DNA from: Candidatus Methanophagaceae archaeon
Lineage (GTDB): Archaea > Halobacteriota > Syntropharchaeia > Alkanophagales > Methanospirareceae
Assembly: GCA_003194425.1 (NCBI GenBank)
Contig: PQXB01000001.1
Location: forward strand, 135,265 to 199,264
DNA length: 64,000 nucleotides
Direction of reading: 5' to 3'
Position numbers and translations under genes: made by a program
Notes under the pieces: generated by a model
Database searches by the model: none
Told to the model about the DNA's origin: nothing
What the model saw: only the letters and a program-made list of their open reading frames with translations
Shown: positions 9,221 through 17,495 of the stretch, in pieces
How the letters are laid out: each line of letters starts with the position of its first letter
Position numbering within the stretch: the stretch's first letter is position 1

Positions 9221-9925
9221 CTATTTCCTGTCCTCTTTTCTGCGGTTGTACAGCACGAATCCAGCGAGTGCGAGCAGTCCGGTACCAAACAAGACCACCG
9301 TCGGCAGCTCTGGCGTTGGGTAGGGGTCGCCACAGGTTGGAGAAGACACAGTGGTTGCTGAGGAGCCCTCTGTATTTATGTACGCCTCCGCACCATCCCC
9401 AGCCATCGAGAGCCTAAGAGCGAGATAATCTCCCTGTGGCACTGTAAACAATGGACAACTCACAACAAAATGGCTAGCACCATCACTGCAGACATTTACA
9501 ATTCCTACGATTGATTTTTCGCACTTTTCGTCGAACTCTCCTGTGCTGTGGTCGAGGATTCCAACTTTCGCTGTAACCGTTTCGGTACTATCGAGATAAC
9601 CACTACACTCCGCATCAATAGGCTCATAATCGAGATGTACAACCCAGTTTCCCGCGCAGAAGGAAACCTCGCATTGAGCCGATTCGTTTGCACTCCAGGT
9701 AAATGAGTCGGTCTCATTTAACCAGAAATCATTTGAAGTTCCCGTTCTCGCTCCTCTCGTCATCCAATAATTTGCTCCAGCTGGAACTTCTGTTTCATTT
9801 GTAGTTGGGTACCACGTGATGCTCACCGCGCTCGCCGTTCCGACCACCGAAACCAGCACTACCGCTGCTACCAAAAAACTTACAACCGCTTTTTTCGTTT
9901 CTGTTTTCGTTTCTGTTTTGTTCAT
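9221..9925 (-). CDS. Secreted protein with a PEL-CTERM-like tripartite sorting signal
   Basis: Signal peptide, Cys-rich domain, C-terminus PTPELPTVVLFGTGLLALAGFVLYNRRKEDRK (P-E-L + TM + RRK). Shares GD(Y/W)LA(L/V)RLS with 38791-39513. Confidence 0.65.
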   Translation of the reverse strand: MNKTETKTETKKAVVSFLVAAVVLVSVVGTASAVSITWYPTTNETEVPAGANYWMTRGARTGTSNDFWLNETDSFTWSANESAQCEVSFCAGNWVVHLDYEPIDAECSGYLDSTETVTAKVGILDHSTGEFDEKCEKSIVGIVNVCSDGASHFVVSCPLFTVPQGDYLALRLSMAGDGAEAYINTEGSSATTVSSPTCGDPYPTPELPTVVLFGTGLLALAGFVLYNRRKEDRK

Positions 9926-10065
9926 TTTTTCTTTTTTTCACCTCCTAACTTTTTTTCTTTTTTTCCTTCGCTTCCCTCTTTTTCCTCCTCCTCTTTTTCT
10001 ACTCTCTTTTCTTCCTCTGCCCTCTCCCTTTTTGGCTCGTTCTTACCGAGGGCAATTAGTATATT

Positions 10066-10734
10066 CTATCTCACTCTATAAAAATGTTTTCGATATTTTA
10101 GCGTTATTTTCAAGATTTCAGGGGAATTTAGGTTGCTAAATGTCTCGAGGGCGGGATTTTTTTCCCGCACCCTGCTCACGGGGAGGAGGCAAACGTTCTT
10201 GAGCCGCGGGAGGAGAGAAGAGAGTTTCTTCTCGCCGCACTCCGCCGCTGCCTTCGTCGCTGCCAGCGTCGGCTCTTTTTTGTAAACCGCGTGCAACGGC
10301 TCCAGCAACCCGTTCTCCCAACACGGCACTACCGCGTCGCAGCAGCCTGCCACTGCAGTCTCGAAGAGAAGTTCTACAACAGCCTCGCAGACAAAAGGCA
10401 TGTCGCAGCCAAGAACGAAGCAGTAGGCAGACGAAGCCCGCTCCAAGCCCGACTGAACGCCTGCAAGCGGACCAAAACCCTTCAGCGTGTCAAAGACAAA
10501 GACGATTTTTGTTTTTGTAGCTGTTTTAAGAGCGTTCTTAATTCGTTCGCCCTGCACTTCGTCGCGTGCTGCCACGATTATTTCGTCCGCCACGCCCGAG
10601 ATTCTCTCGATCGCGTGCTGCAGGAGCGGTTTGTTGTTTAAGCAGGCGAGGCATTTCTCGACGTGGGGATCTTGAAATCTTTGGCTCTTCCCGCCCGCGA
10701 GAATGACCGCGGTCTTTTTTCTTTCGCTTTGCAT
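10066..10734 (-). CDS. mobA: Molybdenum cofactor guanylyltransferase MobA-like NTP transferase
   Basis: AVILAGGKSQRF N-terminal NTP-transferase motif; ~200 aa. Confidence 0.6.
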   Translation of the reverse strand: MQSERKKTAVILAGGKSQRFQDPHVEKCLACLNNKPLLQHAIERISGVADEIIVAARDEVQGERIKNALKTATKTKIVFVFDTLKGFGPLAGVQSGLERASSAYCFVLGCDMPFVCEAVVELLFETAVAGCCDAVVPCWENGLLEPLHAVYKKEPTLAATKAAAECGEKKLSSLLPRLKNVCLLPVSRVREKNPALETFSNLNSPEILKITLKYRKHFYRVR

Positions 10735-10810
10735 TGGTTTTTAACTCTAAATTAAACTTAAGAAAGAAGAGGGTTTTTAAGGTGTAACGAAAGAATAAAA
10801 GGGAGGAAAG

Positions 10811-11128
10811 ATGGAAGCGAGGGAAGTAATATCTTCGGTTGTAATGGTTTTTTCTACCTTCGTGCTGGCGTACAAATGGGTGTACAAGTACAAGGCAGGA
10901 GACCCAGTGGTCGTGCTCTCGTCGGTGGTTTTGATGGGGATGTTAGCGGTTCTGTTTCTAAGTACAGCAGAGCGGTTAAAGAGGCTGGAGGAGGAACTAA
11001 ACGAGAAAGAGCGGTCTTTGCGAGTGAGCATGCAGTCAGTCGAGGAGGAGGTGCGGGAGAAGGTGAGTGCTGCGACGAGGCGGTTGGACGAGGTTAGGGA
11101 GGAGATTGTAAGGAGGGGGTACCGGTAA
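10811..11128 (+). CDS. Small membrane protein (2 TM plus coiled coil), hypothetical
   Basis: Hydrophobic N-terminus followed by an EE/RR-rich helix. Confidence 0.35.
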   Translation: MEAREVISSVVMVFSTFVLAYKWVYKYKAGDPVVVLSSVVLMGMLAVLFLSTAERLKRLEEELNEKERSLRVSMQSVEEEVREKVSAATRRLDEVREEIVRRGYR

Positions 11129-11139
11129 AAAGACATCTG

Positions 11140-11730
11140 ATGTGGAAAGAGGTAGTGGCGAAGTTTGAGGGTCTGCCCTCGCAGAAGAGGGTCGTTGAAC
11201 TGCTCTTGGAGCGAGGGTTTCAAGTCAGTGCGGAGGGCAGTGCGGAGGGCAGTGCGAAGGGCAGTGCGAAGGGCAGTGCGGAAGGAAGGGTGAAGGGAAG
11301 AATTGTCTCGGGCGGGATTGAAATTCCGCACACGCAGGTGGCGAACGAGACAGGCGTGGACAGGCGGGTAGTAGACGAGACGGTGAGGCGGATTTTGAGG
11401 GACGCGGGGCTGCGGGAGATTTTTGAAAATATCAGGTCGGTCGCGTTTCTTGCGGAGGTCGCGCCTTTGCTGGGGCTGTGTGTGGTTGTAATTTACCCAA
11501 CGGACGCGAGGGAGAAGGGGATTCTCGGCGAGGTCGCTACGGTGATTGGAAAGCGCGGGGTTAGCATTCGTCAGGCAGTCAGCGACGACCCCTACCTCGT
11601 GGACGACCCGAAACTCACGATCATCGCGGATAAAAATATTCCAGGCGACTTAATTGCGGAAATCGGGCGGATAAAGAGCGTGAAAAGCGTGCAGATTCTC
11701 TCGCCCCGTCTCCCGTCCCGCAGAGCGTAA
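11140..11730 (+). CDS. ACT-domain regulator of amino-acid metabolism (archaeal COG2150-like) with a (SAEG/SAKG)5 insertion
   Basis: N-terminal HTH-like region; C-terminal ACT-like VVVIYPTDAREKGILGEVATVIGKRGVSIRQ. 12-nt x5 repeat at ~11232-11290. Confidence 0.5.
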   Translation: MWKEVVAKFEGLPSQKRVVELLLERGFQVSAEGSAEGSAKGSAKGSAEGRVKGRIVSGGIEIPHTQVANETGVDRRVVDETVRRILRDAGLREIFENIRSVAFLAEVAPLLGLCVVVIYPTDAREKGILGEVATVIGKRGVSIRQAVSDDPYLVDDPKLTIIADKNIPGDLIAEIGRIKSVKSVQILSPRLPSRRA

Positions 11731-11734
11731 AAAA

Positions 11735-12655
11735 GTGCACATTGGAATTGTCACCTGTGAGATTTTAAGAAGCGAGATTGCAGCGGTAATTGAAAAATCG
11801 GGCGTGGAGAATGTTTTTTTCGTGCTGCCCGAGTTCGAGCCTGAGACCTGCAGTTTGGCTCTAAACATAACATCTAAAAGAATGAACGCTCGGTTTTCGA
11901 GCGAGGCAAAAACGAAAACAGGGAGAAGAACGAAAAGAAGAACGAAATTAAAGATAAAAGAGAAGACAATTGCGGGGATAAAAAGGGAGATTCGTGAGAG
12001 GCGGATTAGGAATTCTGTTATCGTTAAGGTCTTGGATTTGAGGATGCACGACTACCCGGACAAACTGCTGGCTGAGGTTGCAGGCTGGGTGAAAAAGATG
12101 AGTTCGGTTTTAGGCGTGGATTTCGTGTTGCTGGGCTACGGCTTGTGCGGAAGCACGGCGAGCGAGGTGGAGCGAGTGGTGGTCGACGAGGCAGAGGTGC
12201 CTGTAGTAATTCCTCGGGACGGCGGAGGCGGCGACAGCGGGCGGGACAGCGGAGGCGGCGGCGAAATACTAAACAACTGCGTCGAAATTGCACTTGGCAG
12301 GGAACGGGTTCGGGAACTGCTGAAGGAGGAGGTCGGGACTTTTTTTATGACTCCCGCAGGGGCGTCGATCATAAAAGAACCTCAAGTAATCTTGGAGTCG
12401 TCTATAAATATTAGGGCAGGCAGGCTGAACCGAAGTGCTACTTGCGCTGCTACTGACACGCCAAAAATCGTAAAACTTATGAAGAACCACTACCGCAGGG
12501 TCGTGAAAATCTGCTACTCTGACGCCGACGAGAAGGACAGGGAGTACTCAAAGACGGTTGAGAAGTTCGCCAAGAAGTTCGGGCTTGAGGTAAAAGTCGA
12601 GCGTGGGTCGGCGAGAATTATGCTCGCGGCGTTGGAGGAAGCCCTCCAACCATAA
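11735..12655 (+). CDS. DUF1638-like protein (hypothetical) with low-complexity inserts
   Basis: MHIGIVTCEILRSEI start resembles DUF1638 proteins. Low-complexity KR-rich and GGGGDSGRDSGGGG inserts. Confidence 0.3.
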   Translation: MHIGIVTCEILRSEIAAVIEKSGVENVFFVLPEFEPETCSLALNITSKRMNARFSSEAKTKTGRRTKRRTKLKIKEKTIAGIKREIRERRIRNSVIVKVLDLRMHDYPDKLLAEVAGWVKKMSSVLGVDFVLLGYGLCGSTASEVERVVVDEAEVPVVIPRDGGGGDSGRDSGGGGEILNNCVEIALGRERVRELLKEEVGTFFMTPAGASIIKEPQVILESSINIRAGRLNRSATCAATDTPKIVKLMKNHYRRVVKICYSDADEKDREYSKTVEKFAKKFGLEVKVERGSARIMLAALEEALQP

Positions 12656-12673
12656 AACCTCGCTCTTCTATTT

Positions 12674-13858
12674 TCACTTGCATTTCTTATAAATTCTTTT
12701 AAATATATTTACATTTTTCACTGCCGCAGCAAACGCTTTTGCTCGGGTCTCGCCGACGCCAATTCCTGTGGCTACGGGCTCTCCGGGTTTTATGATTCTG
12801 CCTTTTTCAGGAATATCCGCTACTCCTACCCTTCTACCCCAACTCCCACCGAAGTCCTCTGCCACCACCATTTCCCGCTCTGCAAAGAGAATCGCTTTTG
12901 CGGCGCACCTTTGCCTTTTTGCCTTCACTCTTTCCGGTAGCTCCTTCCCCTCTCCCCCTCCTGCAACAACCGCTTTAAGATGCTCGTCCACCAAATTCAA
13001 GCCCGTAGAAAGCTCCACCGTGTCGAGGCTGCCTTGAAATCGCGGGTTCACTTCGATCACGACGGGTCGCCGCCCGTCCGCGGTAACAACAAAATCCACG
13101 CCGTTAGAACCCACCAAACCCAACTCAACCACCAACTCCTCCGCAATCTCGCTCATTCGCTGCACCTCCTCCGAAAATCTCGTCTCAAACGGCGAAATAT
13201 TCCCGCAGTAGACGAACGGACCGGGAGCGCCGAGACTCTTCAACCCGATTAACTGCTCGTTCACGCAGACCGAGACCGCCTCGTTCTTTTTAGAAATCGT
13301 GGAGACCGAGGCAGGCGTTCCTTTTAAATATTCCTGAAACAGAAATTCGGGCAACCGCTCTGCCCACCGAACCAACTCCTTCCCGGTCCTGCAGAGGAAA
13401 TTCGCAGTCCCTCCGCCGCCGTAAGCCGGCTTCGCAACCACCGGGTACTTTAGGTCTGCTCCTTCTCCTTCGGCTATTTCTTTCCCGGTGTAAGTGCGGG
13501 GGTGAGGGACGCCCAAGTCGTCCAATCGGGCGGAGAGCCACGCCTTGTTCGCCACCGCTCTCGTCTTCTCCAGCGAGTTACCCACTATTTTTCGCCCCAA
13601 GAAATCAGAACCCGCCCTCTCAAACCCTGACCCCAGAATTACGCCGTCTGCTTTGCTTACCTCTCCTCTGAGGAGTTTGAGACTGCTGAGGAGTTTGAGA
13701 CTGGCTTGAGGCTGAAGCGGGTCCAAGTGAAAATATTTTTTCGCGCACCTCCTCGTGTCCAAGTCGCCAAAAGCGTCGGCAGCAGACATTTCGTAGCCCG
13801 CTCTGCTGCCTGAACAGACAATGTGCCGAACCGAGTAGCCCACCGCCAACAATTTCAT
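12674..13858 (-). CDS. ATP-grasp family ligase (MptN/CofF/RimK-like carboxylate-amine ligase)
   Basis: ATP-grasp motifs (YPVVAKPAYGGGG..., VIEVNPRF). Confidence 0.6.
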   Translation of the reverse strand: MKLLAVGYSVRHIVCSGSRAGYEMSAADAFGDLDTRRCAKKYFHLDPLQPQASLKLLSSLKLLRGEVSKADGVILGSGFERAGSDFLGRKIVGNSLEKTRAVANKAWLSARLDDLGVPHPRTYTGKEIAEGEGADLKYPVVAKPAYGGGGTANFLCRTGKELVRWAERLPEFLFQEYLKGTPASVSTISKKNEAVSVCVNEQLIGLKSLGAPGPFVYCGNISPFETRFSEEVQRMSEIAEELVVELGLVGSNGVDFVVTADGRRPVVIEVNPRFQGSLDTVELSTGLNLVDEHLKAVVAGGGEGKELPERVKAKRQRCAAKAILFAEREMVVAEDFGGSWGRRVGVADIPEKGRIIKPGEPVATGIGVGETRAKAFAAAVKNVNIFKRIYKKCK

Positions 13859-14066
13859 TTTTACTACTCTTATTTGGATGGCAAACTAAACAAACTAAAA
13901 TACAAGGGCTCGTAATTATTATCGGACGGCGGAATGCAGAATCAGTAAGAGCAAGTAAGAAAATATTAGATAGGGGAAATAAAATTGCGAATAATAAAAA
14001 GAACCTAAACTATTCAAACCTTTAAGTACTTTTAAATACTAATAAAAACAAAATAGAGCAAGAGAG
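13859..14066. promoter_or_regulatory. AT-rich divergent intergenic region (probable promoters for 12674-13858 and 14067-15350)
   Basis: 208-nt ORF-free AT-rich stretch with several TATA-like TTTAAATA / AATAAAA boxes between divergent genes. Confidence 0.35.
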
Positions 14067-15350
14067 ATGAAAATGAAGGAAAAGGAGAAGAAGGAAAGAG
14101 GGGAGAAGCGAAACAACGGCAGCAGCGGCAGGGCGAGAAGAAGGGAAGCAGTGATTTTTACAGGACTTACTTGCGTGTTTGTGTGTGGTTTTGTCTTCGC
14201 GGCAGTAGGGACGCCGCCCCCCACCGCCGCGGGCGCAGAGGGCGCAGAGGGAGGCGGCGGCGCAGGGGGAGGGAAGACCTGGTACGTGGACGACGACGGC
14301 AGCACGAACGCGTGGGACAACGGCACAACCGACGGCGGGAACTACTGGAGTGACCACGCCTGCACGGGCAACCCGTCAGACGGAAGCGAGCCGTACGAAA
14401 TCGACGCGGACAGCACAGACCGCTACCCGTTTGAAGATGTGAGCTGGTGGGCAGCACCACCACCGCTACCAACACTACCACCGCCATCAAAGCCCGCGGT
14501 CACAATCGCGACCGACAAGACAGAATATTCGCCGTCTGGCAAAGGGAAAACAATTGGTTATTTCACGGTGAGCGGTGACGAAATCTGCCTAGAAGAAAGG
14601 AAGCCAATTGTTTATTTCTTCGGTTCCGAAGGGTGCGGGTACTGCAAGTGGGAGCATCCAGTGTTCCTAAGTGTTACCTCAAGGTTTGGGGATTTCATTT
14701 CGCTGCACGACAATATGGGAAATTTCAGCGCGGACAAGGAGATTTTTGAGAAATATAATCCCGGTGGTAGCGTGCCGACACTGGTTCTGGGCTGCAAATA
14801 TTACCGACCCGGCGCTGGCACAAGCATCGGCGAGGAGCAGGAAGCGAAGGTCTTGACAGCTTTGATTTGCGATTTAACTGACAGTAAGCCAGTAGAAGTC
14901 TGCTCTGACCCTGAGGTTGAGGATTTGATGAAGAAAAACACGATGAACCTCACAGACGAGATGAAAATCACAATCGGCTTGAAGAACCCAACGAGCAGCC
15001 CGGTAAACGCTTACTTCGTCTGGAATCTCAGTCTGCCGGACTACGGCTACGAGTGGACGATGATGGTAGTGCCACTGGCGCCGCTGCCTGCGGAGTTCGA
15101 GCAGTGCTACAACTTCTCGCTGCTTATTCCTGACTGGGGTGCGGTTGGGTTTAACGCGAGTTGGACGGTAGCGCTGCTGGAGGAAACGGCGCCGTACGAG
15201 ACGATTTGCGAGGACTCTGCGGACTGGAGGTACGTGCCTGCAGGGTCAGGGAGAGGGGTAGTAGAAGAAGAAGGAGGAGTAAAGCCTGCTGAGGTAGGAG
15301 AGGAATTGAAGAGAAGGGTAGAGGAAGAGGGAGTGGAGTTGCCGTTTTAG
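14067..15350 (+). CDS. Secreted thioredoxin-fold protein (CxxC = CGYC) with N-terminal signal peptide
   Basis: RARRRE + hydrophobic signal peptide; FGSEGCGYCKWEHP thioredoxin-like motif. Start may instead be the in-frame GTG at 14151. Confidence 0.55.
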   Translation: MKMKEKEKKERGEKRNNGSSGRARRREAVIFTGLTCVFVCGFVFAAVGTPPPTAAGAEGAEGGGGAGGGKTWYVDDDGSTNAWDNGTTDGGNYWSDHACTGNPSDGSEPYEIDADSTDRYPFEDVSWWAAPPPLPTLPPPSKPAVTIATDKTEYSPSGKGKTIGYFTVSGDEICLEERKPIVYFFGSEGCGYCKWEHPVFLSVTSRFGDFISLHDNMGNFSADKEIFEKYNPGGSVPTLVLGCKYYRPGAGTSIGEEQEAKVLTALICDLTDSKPVEVCSDPEVEDLMKKNTMNLTDEMKITIGLKNPTSSPVNAYFVWNLSLPDYGYEWTMMVVPLAPLPAEFEQCYNFSLLIPDWGAVGFNASWTVALLEETAPYETICEDSADWRYVPAGSGRGVVEEEGGVKPAEVGEELKRRVEEEGVELPF

Positions 15351-15383
15351 GTTAGGCGGCTCTCCTCTTTTTTTATTTTTTAG
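15291..15383. repeat. 93-bp direct repeat, copy 1 (3' end plus terminator of gene 14067-15350)
   Basis: Identical to 15916-16008 except 2 mismatches. Confidence 0.85.
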
Positions 15384-15388
15384 TTAAA

Positions 15389-15643
15389 ATGAAAAAATAT
15401 AAGGTCCGAGTAATAATTGACCCCTGTGAAGAGGGGGGATATTTTGCTACGTGCCCAGCCTTGCAGGGCTGCCACGCAGAAGGAGAGACCTACTTAGAGG
15501 CTTTGGAGAACATTCAGGATGTTATCAAAATTCATCTTGAAAGCCGAGCGGAATTGGGAATGTTGCCACCCGATCAAGCAGAAGTTGTTAGCGTGCTGGA
15601 CACATTCAAAGTGGAATTAATGGTACCAGTGGCGGAAGCGTGA
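15389..15643 (+). CDS. hicB: HicB family antitoxin (UPF0150)
   Basis: EEGGYFATCPALQGCHAEGETYLEALENIQDVIKIHLE is HicB-like. Confidence 0.75.
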   Translation: MKKYKVRVIIDPCEEGGYFATCPALQGCHAEGETYLEALENIQDVIKIHLESRAELGMLPPDQAEVVSVLDTFKVELMVPVAEA

Positions 15644-15873
15644 GTAAAAAGCTGCCCTCTGTAACCGACAGGGAAGTTATCAAGGTTGCCAAAAAGCTTG
15701 GTTTCACATTTTACAGGCAGGCAAAGGGCAGTCACGAAGTTTGGCGTAGGGCGAGTGACGGGCGGCATACTGTGATACCAAGACACGCAGGTAAAATTAT
15801 CAAACGGAAGACGCTGAAAAGTATCATAAATGATTTTGGAATAACCGTTGAGGTCTTTAACGGGCTGAGATAA
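15640..15873 (+). CDS. hicA: HicA family mRNA-interferase toxin
   Basis: KVAKKLGFTFYRQAKGSHEVWRR...TVIPRH (YcfA/HicA). 4-nt ATGA overlap with hicB. Confidence 0.8.
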   Translation: MSKKLPSVTDREVIKVAKKLGFTFYRQAKGSHEVWRRASDGRHTVIPRHAGKIIKRKTLKSIINDFGITVEVFNGLR

Positions 15874-15915
15874 ATATATCCAACAAAGAGATTGCATCCC
15901 TCTCCGAGGTAGGAG

Positions 15916-16008
15916 AGGAGTTGCAGAGAAGGGTAGAGGAAGAGGGAGTGGAGTTGCCGTTTTAGGTTAGGCGGCTCTCCTCTTTTTTTATTTTTTAGTC
16001 AAGGTTTT
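15916..16008. repeat. 93-bp direct repeat, copy 2
   Basis: Near-identical to 15291-15383. Confidence 0.85.
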
Positions 16009-16025
16009 TAGCACAGGTAAAAAAG

Positions 16026-16331
16026 TTGTTGTCTATAATGAATCTTCGGTTTTACAGAGACCCAGCGACAAATCTTCCACACATCTACAAACACGGGGTA
16101 ACAGAGCGGGAAGTAGAAGAAATTTTAGCACAGCCCGGCGAAGACCGTCTTGGAAATGAGGGCTCGCGAGTTGCTGTTGGTCAGACTCGAGAAGGCAGGT
16201 TTCTTCGTGTCGTTTATGTGCCTGACAAAGAGCCTAATAGTTTATTTGTGATAACGGCGTATAATTTAATGGGAAAAGCATTGTTAGCGTACCGAAAGCG
16301 AAAGCGAAGGAGGAGAAGGAGAAGAAAATGA
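16026..16331 (+). CDS. DUF4258-like putative toxin with poly-Arg C-terminal tail
   Basis: HGVTEREVEEIL...GRFLRVVY...VITAYNL pattern typical of DUF4258. Its C-terminal RKRKRRRRRRRK codons double as the SD (aggagg) of the next gene. Confidence 0.5.
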   Translation: MLSIMNLRFYRDPATNLPHIYKHGVTEREVEEILAQPGEDRLGNEGSRVAVGQTREGRFLRVVYVPDKEPNSLFVITAYNLMGKALLAYRKRKRRRRRRRK

Positions 16332-16561
16332 AGCAGCAGGATAAGTTTCCACCTGGCTGGAAAGAAGAGCGAGTGCGGCGTGTTTTAACGCACTACGAGA
16401 ACCAAACAGACGAGGAAGCGGTAGCTGAAGACGAAGCCGCTTTTGAGCTTGAACCTGAAATTGAACCAGAACCCGAAGGGCAGAGAGGCCAGACGATTAT
16501 GGAGATCCCGCAAGAACTGGTTCCTAAGGTTCGTGCTCTAATTGCTGAATGTCAGTGCTGA
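16328..16561 (+). CDS. Putative cognate antitoxin / small acidic protein
   Basis: 4-nt overlap (ATGA) with the upstream toxin-like gene; no family recognised. Confidence 0.3.
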   Translation: MKQQDKFPPGWKEERVRRVLTHYENQTDEEAVAEDEAAFELEPEIEPEPEGQRGQTIMEIPQELVPKVRALIAECQC

Positions 16562-16694
16562 ATCGTCCCTTTTCAATCCCGACGACCCTTTCTTCACTAC
16601 AACTAAAATGCTCATAGGAATATATCTGAAGAAGTAGGAGAGAGGGATGGAGTTACCACACACCCACTCACCACACCACTCACCACACACCCAC

Positions 16695-17495
16695 TCACCT
16701 CGCACCCACAAACTCCCGCACCTTCTCCTCAATCTTCTCAGTCCCAGAATTCATAACCGCCGTGCCCACGAGCAGAGCGTCCGCACCCGCCGCAAACATT
16801 CTCGACGCCTCCTCCTCGCCTTCAATTCCGCTCATCGCGACCAAAACGACCTCGGCAGGGAGTTCGGCTAATCTTGGCTTCACCTCTGCCGCAACCCGCT
16901 CAAAAGTCTCCAAATCCACCTCAAGCCTCTTTAAGTCACGGTTGTTCACGCCCACCAAAACCGACTCCGAAATCCCCTCCAAATCCGCCTCAAAAATCTT
17001 CCTCCACGACTCCCCGTCCACCTCGACCAACGCCTCCAGCCCGAACGAGGCGGCTTTCCTCGCCAACTCCCGCAGCCTCTTGGCACTCAAAAATCTCGCA
17101 ATTAGCAGCACCGCGTCCGCACCGCTCGCGTACGACTCGTGCACCTGAAACTCGTCAAAAATAAAATCCTTCCTCAAGACCGGCAGCTCAACCTCCGAGA
17201 GTTTAACAGCCCTCAAATCCTCCAAACTCCCTAAAAACGCCTCGTCTGTCAAGACCGAAATCGCACACGCCCCGCCGTTCTGCATTCTCCTCGCTGCTTC
17301 TACAGACCCAATTTCTGTTTGTAATTTTGTCCCTTCTTCTTTCAACCCCCTCCGCTTCACTTCCGCGATTACAGCCCTTTTTCCCGCTCCTTCCCCCGCT
17401 CTCTTCGTCTCTAAAATCGCCTCCTTCAGACTCCTCCGCTCCTTTAACCGCTCAACCGTCTCCCGCTTCCTCTTTAAAACTTCTTTTACATTCAT
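16695..17495 (-). CDS. trpC: Indole-3-glycerol-phosphate synthase
   Basis: GACAISVLTDEAFLGS, LVEVD, VLVAMSGI motifs. Start placed at MNVKEVL (17495); the ORF-track start 17561 is less likely. Confidence 0.7.
   Translation of the reverse strand: MNVKEVLKRKRETVERLKERRSLKEAILETKRAGEGAGKRAVIAEVKRRGLKEEGTKLQTEIGSVEAARRMQNGGACAISVLTDEAFLGSLEDLRAVKLSEVELPVLRKDFIFDEFQVHESYASGADAVLLIARFLSAKRLRELARKAASFGLEALVEVDGESWRKIFEADLEGISESVLVGVNNRDLKRLEVDLETFERVAAEVKPRLAELPAEVVLVAMSGIEGEEEASRMFAAGADALLVGTAVMNSGTEKIEEKVREFVGAR

Noticed and set aside
16640-16871. CA-rich tandem repeat (ccacacacccactca-like x4) and ORF 16647-16871 encoding HTHSPHHSPHTHSP
   Set aside because: The ORF is a translation of a microsatellite in the convergent 3' region between 16328-16561 and trpC. 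There is no support for a gene, so it is noted only as a simple repeat.
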